From the NCBI GenBank assembly GCA_013239625.1, contig MU053482.1, positions 1,463,168 through 1,527,167 of the forward strand: a stretch of DNA of 64,000 nucleotides, in the 5' to 3' direction. The DNA comes from Lama guanicoe (taxonomy: Eukaryota). Positions 12,890-23,666 of this stretch are shown piece after piece. Position 1 is the first letter of the stretch. Each line of letters begins with the position of its first letter. The notes under the pieces were generated by a model. It had not been told where the DNA came from. It saw only the letters and a program-made list of their open reading frames with translations, and searched no databases. A program made the position numbers and the translations under genes.

Positions 12890-13930
12890 ACTTCCTGTCA
12901 CAGAATAAGAAGGTAGATAAATATTGTTAAATGTTTGAAGGCATAGAATTCCAGTTCTGTTGAAGATGATGTTGCTCCACTCACCTCAGGTCTTCTATTA
13001 CTAAAAATAACCCTGGATGGAATACAACAAACAAGCATAAGAAGATTCTAAAAAGGAAAAAGAAGAAGGCAGACTCCTAGGACTCAGGGACCTGAGGAAC
13101 GACACAGAAGTGAGTCCCTGCGTTTTGTTACTGTTTCCGTATTCCCTGGACAGGGTGCTGCCTCCCAGAACTGCCCAGAGACACAGACAAAAAGAGCTCT
13201 AAGAAAAGCTTGTTCCTCCTAGCCAAAGGACTAGAAGAGTGGCCTTAACAGAATAGAATAATTTTTGCAACACCTGCCCTACTTCAGAAAAACACCAATG
13301 GAAAAATCGTCCCACCTTCCTTCCCTCAGGTTTCAGTGGAGCCAAGAAGGGAACTGGTTTTCTCCCCACCCATTCTCCAATTCTCCTGCCAGGATATTGT
13401 AGTGGGGCACAAGGGAGAAATGTGCCTCCACCGTCATTTGGCAGCAACGAGACTTAATGAAGGAGTATGAGGTGGGACTAATGTTACTCTGCTCCCTCGC
13501 CTCCAATTCTACTTGTAAGTGGGGTCCCACTGAGGACCGGAGCTTCCACCTCCACCTACAACAACAAAGCAGTGTGAAGCAGCTCTGCTTCCAACCTCCC
13601 TGGTGCAGCGGGGCCCAACAAGGCACTGGGCTTACTTGGAGGAAAGGAGGTGTGCAAGTCAGTGTCAGACTATCCCTGGGAAAAAGACAACAAGGTAAAG
13701 GGAGTAACTGAACTTCCACCTCACTCATCTGCAAGGAGGCAGTGGGAGTCAGCGCTCCATTTATGACAGTGCTGTGTCAGGAGGGCTCGGCAGGACGCTG
13801 GACATACCACTCACACGGTGGTTGCAGTGACACCTCAACAGGGTCCTCCCTCTAAACAATGATTAAATCCGATCAGTCTCATAATATAATATCCTAAATG
13901 TCTATGATACCACCAAAACCACTGTCATAC
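12890..13930 (+). mobile_element. Ancient L1M 5'-end fragment
   Basis: GC-richer region with internal repeats (cttccacctc...agcagtg) and an L1M 5'-end-like terminus. Recognised by pattern only. Confidence 0.5.
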
Positions 13931-14815
13931 CAGATTTTAGATTTCTGAATACAGAATATATTAAGTCACTGATAGTGTCAAAAATGGTGACTAGCCACAC
14001 ACTAGCTACGGGAGGAAATTCAAGTACCCCCACGTGATATGTGATGTTCATCACAAACAGATCCCTAGACACTGGTCCTGGCTCAGTTTCCACCACATCC
14101 CTCTGCCTACCCTACACTCAAAGCAGACAACAGTGCTTTCTAGTTTCCCAACACTTCACAGTCCTTCATGCTACTGTGCCTTTGCAGGTGGTGTTCCCTC
14201 TGCCTCAGTTTCCCTTCCTCCATTCTACTTCTATCAGACTCTTACTCACTTTTAGGCCCTAGCTTGAATTACTCTGATTTGTCATCCTCTCCTGTTCACA
14301 TTTCCTAGATTCCAGGATCCTAACTAAAAAATATCTCCTGCATTCTAATCTATCTCTCATGTGGATTTTTGCTACATCTATTTTATCCCTCTTCCAGCTC
14401 TATCCTTCACCTCCTACCATATTTTCTATATCAAATCTATGATCATGCTACATCTTTTCATTTTTGTCATGTTTTAGATAACCTTTGCTTACAAAGCAGG
14501 GAATTTTAACACTTCTAAACATCATTGTATGCTTCAGTAATACATCTCAAATATTCTCATAGCCATCATAAAAGTGTCATAAGTATAAGTGCTATTATCA
14601 TGACCACGTTTGAAGTGAGGAAACTATAGCTTAGAGAGTTACTTAATTTGCTAAAGGTGATATATATCTGGTAAGTGTACATACACGGTATAGTCATAGC
14701 AAGGCAGTGAGATTCCAGAGACTATTTGCTTGACTAGTTGGTATTAAGACTTCCCTTAGTGCAAGTATTCTAGCATGGCATTCAAGATCTTAACTTTAGC
14801 CTCATTTCCTGCTAC

Positions 14816-15440
14816 TGAAACTGAGCAGGACCCTGCAGGGCCTTACCAGGAACATGTCCTCTGCCTCTTGTTTGTAGCAAAGCTTTAGCCTCCTAAGCCT
14901 TCCTTGAGTTTCAAAGAGCACATTTAATTAGAGAAGTGAGAAAATGCAGAAACAAGAGAAAAGAGTCAAGCAAGATAAAATAATAGCTTAGCCATAAAAC
15001 AAAGTCAAGAAACTTTAGTTCCTCCTCAAAGGCTACAGATAATATTCTGAGCTATACCCTTAGTTGATCTGCAGATACTAAAACCCCACCAGATGGAAGA
15101 AATTAACTATATACTGAGCACAAGTATGTAGAACCCCAGACAGGTTGGAACCAGAAGGTTAATGAAATACCATCCTATTACTTCACTACCAACCAATCAG
15201 AAGGATGTCCATAAGGTGATCATGCACACTGTGACCTTCTCTCTCACCTTGCCTTTAAAAAGCCTTCCCTAAAAGCCATCAGAGAGTTCAAGTCTTTTGA
15301 GCATGAGCTGCCCATTCTCCTTGCTTGGCCTCATGTTGGATGCCTTGCAATAAACACTTACTTTCCTTCACCACAATCCAGTGTCACTAGATTGTCTTTA
15401 CTGCACTTGGGCTAGGGGACCCAAGTTTGGTTCAGTAACA
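14816..15440 (+). mobile_element. Solo LTR, ERV1-like
   Basis: TG...CA termini, CCAAT near 15193, TATA-like tttaaaa near 15254, AATAAA at 15349. 4-bp flanks ctac/ccac are an imperfect TSD. Confidence 0.75.
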
Positions 15441-15600
15441 CCACCGACCTCCCCTATGTGGGGAACATTCCCCTGTTTCAAATAATGTGTGTCTCTCGTG
15501 GCTTCCACTTTGCACAAGTTATTTCCTCTAATCTGCAATGCCCTTTCTGCCCTTTTTTGTCTGCTAAAGGCCTGGCATCCCTTAGAATATCACTTCCCCA

Positions 15601-15690
15601 CTAACCCTAATTTTAACCCTAACCCTAACCCTACAAAGAAAAGAAAAGAAAAGAAAAGAAAAGAAGAGAAAAGAAGAGAAAAGAAAAAAA
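15601..15690. repeat. Short (TAACCC)n telomere-like tract followed by (AAAAG)n
   Basis: ctaaccctaattttaaccctaaccctaacccta, then aaaag repeats. Confidence 0.8.
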
Positions 15691-16038
15691 TCCTTTCAAC
15701 TGCTTCCCCACAGAAGTCTACTTAAACTCCCTGGCTCTGTTAGTGTTTTCTCCTAGATTCACATCTCGTTTTATTGAGATGAGGTTCTCTTCTCTTTCTT
15801 CTTTTCTTCTTCTTCTTTTTTTAAAGCTTGACTCTGGTACTAGACAGGCAGGGACCAGTTTTAAAATTCTGTAGCCCCCATCTTTCAGCCTCAGTTTAGT
15901 AAATGTAGGCTTTTGAGAAAGGCTATTTCAGCGACTATAGGTAAAAATGGAATTCCATCTTCTCCAGAAAGTCTCTCATGATTATTATTTGGGGTATTTC
16001 CATAATCCATTTCTTTAGTGTATTCAAAATTAATTTTA

Positions 16039-17247
16039 AACAGAATAGAGAAGCCAGAAATGAACCCACAAACTTTTGGTCAACTCATCTTCGACAAAGG
16101 AGGCAAGAATATACAATGGAATAAAGACAGTCTCTTCAGCAAATGGTGTTGGGAAAACTGGACAGCAGCATGTAAAACAATGAAGCTAGAACACACCCTT
16201 ACACCATATACAAAAATCAACTCAAAATGGATTAAAGACTTAAACATAAGACAAGATACAATAAACCTCCTAGAGGAAAACATAGGCAAAACATTATCTG
16301 ACATACATTTCAAAAATTTTCTCCTAGAAGAAATAAAAGCAAGAATAAACAAATGGGACCTAATGAAACTTANNNNNNNNNNNNNNNNNNNNNNNNNNNN
16401 NNNNNNNNNNNNNNNNNNNNNNNNNNNNNNNNNNNNNNNNNNNNNNNNNNNNNNNNNNNNNNNNNNNNNNNNNNNNNNNNNNNNNNNNNNNNNNNNNNNN
16501 NNNNNNNNNNNNNNNNNNNNNNNNNNNNNNNNNNNNNNNNNNNNNNNNNNNNNNNNNNNNNNNNNNNNNNNNNNNNNNNNNNNNNNNNNNNNNNNNNNNN
16601 NNNNNNNNNNNNNNNNNNNNNNNNNNNNNNNNNNNNNNNNNNNNNNNNNNNNNNNNNNNNNNNNNNNNNNNNNNNNNNNNNNNNNNNNNNNNNNNNNNNN
16701 NNNNNNNNNNNNNNNNNNNNNNNNNNNNNNNNNNNNNNNNNNNNNNNNNNNNNNNNNNNNNNNNNNNNNNNNNNNNNNNNNNNNNNNNNNNNNNNNNNNN
16801 NNNNNNNNNNNNNNNNNNNNNNNNNNNNNNNNNNNNNNNNNNNNNNNNNNNNNNNNNNNNNNNNNNNNNNNNNNNNNNNNNNNNNNNNNNNNNNNNNNNN
16901 NNNNNNNNNNNNNNNNNNNNNNNNNNNNNNNNNNNNNNNNNNNNNNNNNNNNNNNNNNNNNNNNNNNNNNNNNNNNNNNNNNNNNNNNNNNNNNNNNNNN
17001 NNNNNNNNNNNNNNNNAGGGGGGTAGAGGGTGGGAAGGGATAGACTGGGATTTCAAAATTGTAGAATAGATAAACAAGATTACACTGTATAGCACAGGGA
17101 AATATACACAAAATGTTATGATAAATCACAGAGAAAAAAATGTGACAATGAGTGTGTATATGTCCATGAATGACTGAAAAATTGTGCTGAACACTGGAAT
17201 TTGACACAACATTGTAAAATGATTATAAATCAATAAAAAATGTTAAA
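16039..17247 (+). mobile_element. Young 5'-truncated L1 spanning the assembly gap
   Basis: Open ORF2 ([35 protein letters not shown]) and a 3'UTR after the gap. 13-bp TSD aaaattaatttta at 16026-16038 and 17248-17260. Confidence 0.9.
16373..17016. other. Assembly gap (N run)
   Basis: Continuous N. Confidence 1.
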
Positions 17248-17274
17248 AAAATTAATTTTATTTAAACACCTATT

Positions 17275-17640
17275 ATAAGTGGAATCTAAAACACACACAC
17301 ACACACAAAAACTTGTTTATTAAACAGAGGCTCACAGACATAGAAAACAAACTTATGCCTACCAGATGGGGAAGGGAGTGGGAAGGGTTAAATTGGGGGT
17401 TTGAGATTTGTAGATACTGACTCATGCGTATAAAATAGATAAACAACAAGTTCCTATGGTATAGCAGAGAAAACTATATTCAATATCTCATAGTAACTTA
17501 TAGTGAAAAAGAATATGAAAACAGATATATGTTCATGTATGACTGAAGTATTATGCTGTAAACCAGAAACAGACACAACGTTGTAAACTGACTATACTTC
17601 AATAAAAAATATATATACCAAAAAAAAAAAAGAGAAAGAA
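17275..17640 (+). mobile_element. L1 3' end (older subfamily)
   Basis: ggaatctaaaa...ctcacagacatagaaaacaaacttatg...aataaa plus an A-rich tail. Confidence 0.8.
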
Positions 17641-18839
17641 AGAATAGCAAAGAGAAGGACAAGTCACAACTAAAGTCTGCCATGGATGATCTGCATATAG
17701 GTATTCAATTTCAACTCTACTAGGATTGCAAGTATGAAACTCAGTCCCTATCATCTGTCAATTAAGATGCTGTCCAGGTTTAAAAAAAGAAAACTTCCTT
17801 GTACTACAAAAGGAATTATGGGATAAAATAAGCAAAGCAATTTGAAAGTGTTCATCAAAATATTTTATATCACTTATCCAATAAAGAAACACATATGTGC
17901 AATTAAAAAAAAACAAAGAAATCGCTATATTTGAATAGCACCCTATTAACATGGCAACTTACAGGGTGTTTTTCATGGTACTCCTTATCTTGACTGCTGA
18001 TATTGAGGGCAGATGTAAAGGTTTCCCAGCAAGTATGAAACCTAAAAGATCAATAGAAAATTGACTTTAAGCTGTGTTGGAAGAGCAAGTATGAACATCC
18101 TATGGCAAAACAAAGAAATAGTTAATAAATAAATAAGCAAATAAACAAAATATAATAAAATAGACAGTTTAAAAAAAAGTACATCTTTACCCATATCTAC
18201 AGGTTCTTGGCAGGCTTCTCCAAGAAGACAAATCTCCAGGATATGAGGGTATATGTACTCTGCATAATCTTTCTCATTAATTTTCAAAGAGAACCTTTGA
18301 TACTTTTCTTATATTTTGATGGTGAATTCTGGGGTTTTTAATACTATTCTAGCATGGTACTAATGGAAGAATATGTCAATAGGACATTATTATTTTTCCC
18401 AATCACAGTGGCAGGTACTAGAGAGCAATATATCTATAATATTTTTTCCCCAGCCTTTCTGTTTGTTTTCTACAAGCCTTATTTTCTTTACTATCATGGC
18501 CTTTGCCTTGAGTTTGGCATCCTCTTCTGTTTGCAGTTTCTCTAAGCTTCCACAGTACTATTTTCTGTGTGCCAGCTGTACCAGGAGTAGAGAATTGACA
18601 ACATTCTTAATTCTAGATTATCTGTGTCCATATTTTCTTTAATATTTTCCAATAGGCTATTAACATCTACAGGTACTAGATTATTAGAAGACATAGTATA
18701 ATATTAATTGTAAAGAGGATAATTCTCACTTTCTACAGAAGGAAAATCACTTTCTATTCTCTTAAATTCATAAGGTATCAAGCTGAAGGAAGAACTTGGA
18801 ATCATAAAACTAGATTTAGCTTTCTGCAATACTTCCTGT

Positions 18840-19050
18840 GATTTCATGTATTTCATAATACAGGGATAAGTTTTACAGCAATTTTTTCTCTTGAATGCTT
18901 GTAATGAGTCCCCTCTGACACTAGTCTTCCTAACATAAAAGGCTGTGTGTTCTTCACTCCTTAAGGATGGAGCTCAATACCATAAAGATTTTAATGAGGG
19001 GCCTCTGGCCCATGGAAACCATTATTTTGAGACCATTGCTTTAGATATCA
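18840..19050 (-). promoter_or_regulatory. Orphan paralog of the putative family-10 OR promoter (no adjacent CDS)
   Basis: Aligns to 36230-36430. TAATGA+GTCCCCTCTGA at 18902 and AAGATTTTAATGA at 18985-18997. Confidence 0.5.
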
Positions 19051-19239
19051 GGAGTCTCGTGCCCTGTCAATCTATCACCCAACGTGATGGCCTCAAAAAT
19101 ATTTTAAAATTATAATATCATAAAGAATTTTCTATGATGTTTGCACTTACAATTCTGAATAACAATTTAAATGTTGGAAAATCAATGTGTTAAAAAAAAA
19201 TCTTGGGATGTAGATGATTCCCTCAGGGTTATTTTATCT

Positions 19240-20100
19240 CTCAGCACCATTCTTTTTTCTCTCTGGGACCCCTATAATATGAATATTAGTGCACTCAATG
19301 TTGCCCCAGAGGACTCCTCAACTTTCCTCATTTCTTTTCATTCTTTTTCCTTCTTTCTGTTCAGCAGCTGTGATTTCCACTACTCTGTCTTCTAGTTCAC
19401 TGACCTGTTCCTCTGTATCATTTCATTTACTATTGATTCCTTCCAGTGTATTTTTCATCTCAGCTATTGTAGTCTTCATCTCTGTTTGGTTGTCTTTATG
19501 TTTTCTAACTCTTTGTTAAAAACTTTTAACTTCTCATTCTGTGCATCCATTCATTTTCTGAGTTCTTTGATCATCTTTACAATCATTACAGATTGCCTAC
19601 CTTCATTTAGCTTAGTTCTTCTTCTGGGGTTTTATTTTTCCTTCATTTGAAATGTGTTCCTCTGTCATCTCATTTTGCCTATGTTTTTATTTCTATGTGT
19701 TTGGAAGGTTGGTTACATTTCCTGACCTTGAAAAAGTGGCCTTTTGTATAAGATGTCCTATGTAATCCTGCAGCACACTCCCTTCTTGTCACCAGAGTTA
19801 CATGCTCTAGGAGTGGCATCTGTACAGGTTGCCTGGGTCCTGTTGTGGCAGGCTGACTATTCTGGGCAGTCTGGTAGGCTTCATTGGCCCTCAGCCTGGT
19901 TGGCTGCCAGGCCCTGACTTGTGCAGGAGCTGCTGGCTGCTGGTTGGTGGGGCCAGGTCATGAGGCAGCTGGCCACAGAAACATAAGGGGGCCACAAGGC
20001 TAGTGCTGAATCACTGGTGAGAGAAATTCGGGTCCAGGAGAATGTGGGATACTTCAGACCACTGGCAGGCAGGTCCTGGGTTCTGGCTGCATGGCCCAGG
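19240..20100 (-). mobile_element. L1 ORF1/5'UTR fragment
   Basis: Antisense ORF1-like text (ctctgggacccctataat..., gtgatttccactactctgtcttctag) grading into a GC-rich 5'UTR-like sequence. Confidence 0.7.
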
Positions 20101-20627
20101 GGTCATCCAAACCTGTTTTTACTTTGTAGTTCTCTATATGACTTTCAAGGCTTTTACTTTCTTACTTTTGATATGATAATTAATGTACCTGTCTAAAATT
20201 TTTTGTTATTTAAAATTCAACTTCACATCAATCTCCACCACCTATTTGCCCAAAGTAATTACTGGTATGCCTTACAAATATCAATATAAAATACTTATCC
20301 ATAAACACATATCGAATGGATAAATCTAAGGTTATTTTTTTGTATCTGACATTTAGTACTATTTCTTAATCAGAAATATCAAAGAAAACTTGGAACCAAT
20401 ATTTATGTCTAAGATAATTTATTATATTACAGTTTTTGATAATTATTAAATGAAGGCTATAGACATAAGTATAAACACCTAGGCAGAAGCAAAAGAGAAA
20501 ACTGACCACTTGAGAATTGACAGATTTTTTTTTAAAGTTAAAAGGAAAATGTTTATTTTGAACTCGACATGTCTGCTTTAACTTTTCTTTCTTGGTATCT
20601 TCAACTTAGCTTTCATTTTTTAAATAG

Positions 20628-20848
20628 TTTTTTTTAATTGAGTTATAGTCAGTTTACAATGTTGTGTCAATTTCCAGTGTAAAGCACAAATTTTCAATTA
20701 TACATGAGCATACATATACTCATTGTTGCATTCTTTTTCACTGTGAGCTACCACAAGATCTTGTATATATTTCCCTGTGCTATACAGTATAATCTTGTTT
20801 ATCTATTCTACATATGCCTCTCAGTATCTACAAATTTCAAACTCCCAG
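20628..20848 (-). mobile_element. Young L1 3' end
   Basis: Reverse complement of the 3'UTR seen at 62075-62305, with poly(T) at the left end. Confidence 0.8.
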
Positions 20849-20919
20849 GAGATCTGACAGACTCTTAAAAGATTAGTTGTTTCTGTGTGTGAATTGAGCT
20901 GCTCAATATCCACAATAGA

Positions 20920-21076
20920 ACATAATGATGTCCCACATTGCTTTTGAATTCACATTCGAATCTCTAGAATCTTCAGAGATTTATCCCCAAAGGCAAACAA
21001 AAATTAAAGATAGCTTTATAACCACAATCATCAAGATTTGTTACAGATGAATGAGTTCTTATTCCAGGAGGTAAGA
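20920..21076 (+). promoter_or_regulatory. Putative promoter and first non-coding exon of OR5P copy 2
   Basis: TAATGA at 20923-20928, TCCCCAAAGG at 20984-20993, donor AG|GTAAGA at 21071. Confidence 0.6.
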
Positions 21077-22724
21077 TTTTAGCTTTTGTTAATGAATTTG
21101 ACGTATTGATTTTCGTTTACCATTTGGAACACTCTACTCCCTGAAATTACAGCTGTACTCAAAGTCATAGTTGGGAAAAAGGGAAGATGTAATCAAGCAG
21201 TTAGTAAGCAACTTTAGTTGAACTACTGTTTTCACCATCAATTTTTTGTGAATAAACAGGCACAGTCTATGTCAAGTATTCCATATTTACCTTCCCACAA
21301 GATAGAAACTCATATGGCTTTTTAACATACTCCAAACTTGGCACTACAAGCTAATGCTAATATATTTATTAGCAGAGATGCTTTGGGCATTTATTCTTGT
21401 TTAAAAATTAAAGGTTTAAGTTGAAGATTTTAAAATTGAAAGATACTGTAAATATCTTTGAAAAAAACTTATTTTGTTTATGGGTCTCATGCTTTAGCTT
21501 CAAGAGGAAACAGAGTATGTAAAGCTCAAAATATAAGTCAGAAAATTTGGAGGTGAGGACCACTATGTGGGTGATCTTTCTTAAGTTTTAAGCCACATTT
21601 TTATCAGCTACATATTATGTTGAAAATAGTATTTCCCCCTACAAAAATCCAATTAGAAAACATTGTTAAAGTAGGAAGTGATTTGATTTGTCTGAATAAA
21701 TGTACTTTAATTATGTACTAAATATCCATCATGCTTCTTGCATAGAAATTACATCAGTATCTCAAGCTACTTGATAAAACAATATTTTAATTAAAAAAAT
21801 CCAGTAAATTTACCATTAACTTCATTCATAACCATAATTCAAAATTCATTTCTATTATCGGTATCAAGAACACTTTTATTTCACCCTTAAAAATTTTTTA
21901 AACTGATAGATATTGTAAAATCAGTAATAAACTAGGTTTCTCTTTTATACGTAACTACCAGAAGGCTTGAAGGGTAATTTGTTATTCACCCACTGCAAGG
22001 TGTCCCAGACTTCATGGTCAGTATTACTTACTGCATAGTTACTAAAGAAATGGGTAGTTAGACTTTCCTGGGCTTCATATTCTTACTCTACCAATTACTA
22101 CACAATATTGTGAAGCTTACATAACCTCCTCAGACTCAGTTTACTCACTTATAAAATAATGAAAGTAATTAATATTATTTTATGAAAAAATAGTCTCTCT
22201 CTATATACACATTAAATATATATATACTAATTACACTATAAATATAGACTAAATTATAAGCATAGACTATGTAGATACATTAAATTGTAAATATATAAAT
22301 ATAAAAATTTTAACCTTATAATTTAGTAATGATAAAGTAATTGTTAGTTATTATTCAAGTCTATTATAAAACTCAACACATTTCTTATTTTTTTATTATA
22401 ATACTTACTGGTCTTTTTTGCTATTCTCAACTGTCCTATATTATTTCTTCACTTTATAGCCACTTTAAGTGCATATTTGGAAACAACATAATAAAAAAAA
22501 AAGTAGAAGACACTATTTCAAGGAAGTTTTCAGGCATTCCTGCTAAAAGTAATTTTAAAAATAGAGATAGACTCATAATTGCATGTAAATATGGATCAAT
22601 TCTTGGATATCTTTATTTGTAATCACTTCTCATATGTGTTATAGAAAATGAAATTATCAAATTTATAACTTCTTTAATGCACTGTTCTGTCACAGGTTCG
22701 TTATGGTAATAGCTATGTTACATC

Positions 22725-23666
22725 ATGGATTCCCTGAGAGATGGGAACCACACTGCAGTGACAGAGTTCATTTTACTGGGCTTAACAAATGACCCAGTCC
22801 TTCGAATCATCCTCTTCATGATAATCCTGTGTATCTACCTGGTGACCATATCTGGCAATCTCAGCACAATCATTCTTATCAGAATCTCTTCTCAGCTCCA
22901 CCATCCTATGTATTTTTTCCTGAGCCACTTGGCCTTTGCTGACATAGGCTATTCATCTTCTGTTACACCCAATATGCTTGTAAACTTCCTGGTGGAGACA
23001 AATACCATCTCCTATCCTGGATGTGCCATTCAGCTTGGTTCAGTCGTTTTCTTTGGGTCAACTGAGTGCTTCATTCTGGCTGCCATGGCATATGATCGCT
23101 TCGTGGCAATCTGCAACCCACTGCTTTATTCCACCAAAATGTCCACACAAGTCTGTGTTCAGTTACTTACAGTGGCTTATATTGGTGGTTTTCTCAATGC
23201 TTCCTCCTTTACTATTTCCTTCTATTTTTTACTCTTCTGTGGACCAAATCGAGTCAATCATTTTTTCTGTGATTTTGCTCCTTTGGTTGAACTCTCCTGT
23301 TCTGACATCAGTATCCCCACAACTATCCCCTCATTTACGGCTGGCTCCATCATTGTGGTCACAGTGACTGTCATAGCCATCTCCTACATCTACATCCTCA
23401 TCACCATCCTGAAGATGCGCTCCACTGAGGGGCGCCACAAGGCCTTCTCCACCTGCACGTCCCACCTCACAGCAGTCACTCCGTTCTTTGGCACCATCAC
23501 ATTCATTTATGTGATGCCCAAGTCCAGCTACTCAACTGACCAGAACAAGGTGGTGTCTGTGTTCTACATGGTGGTGATCCCCATGTTGAACCCCCTCATC
23601 TACAGTCTGAGGAACAGTGAAATTAAGGGGGCTCTGAAGAGAGAGCTTGGAAAAATGCTTTCTTAG
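22725..23666 (+). CDS. OR5P2-like: Olfactory receptor OR5P2-like, copy 2; 313 aa
   Basis: Intact ORF with the same motifs. Acceptor cacag| at 22695, 29 nt before the ATG. Has Pro at codon 253 where the paralogs have Leu. Confidence 0.94.
   Translation: MDSLRDGNHTAVTEFILLGLTNDPVLRIILFMIILCIYLVTISGNLSTIILIRISSQLHHPMYFFLSHLAFADIGYSSSVTPNMLVNFLVETNTISYPGCAIQLGSVVFFGSTECFILAAMAYDRFVAICNPLLYSTKMSTQVCVQLLTVAYIGGFLNASSFTISFYFLLFCGPNRVNHFFCDFAPLVELSCSDISIPTTIPSFTAGSIIVVTVTVIAISYIYILITILKMRSTEGRHKAFSTCTSHLTAVTPFFGTITFIYVMPKSSYSTDQNKVVSVFYMVVIPMLNPLIYSLRNSEIKGALKRELGKMLS

Noticed and set aside
13199..13734. Cluster of ORFs in a GC-richer island
   Set aside because: Falls within a probable ancient L1 5' fragment and shows no recognisable domain.
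16018..17207. Long ORFs of 238-375 aa in the ORF track
   Set aside because: Artefacts of translating through the N gap. The real part is an L1 ORF2 fragment.
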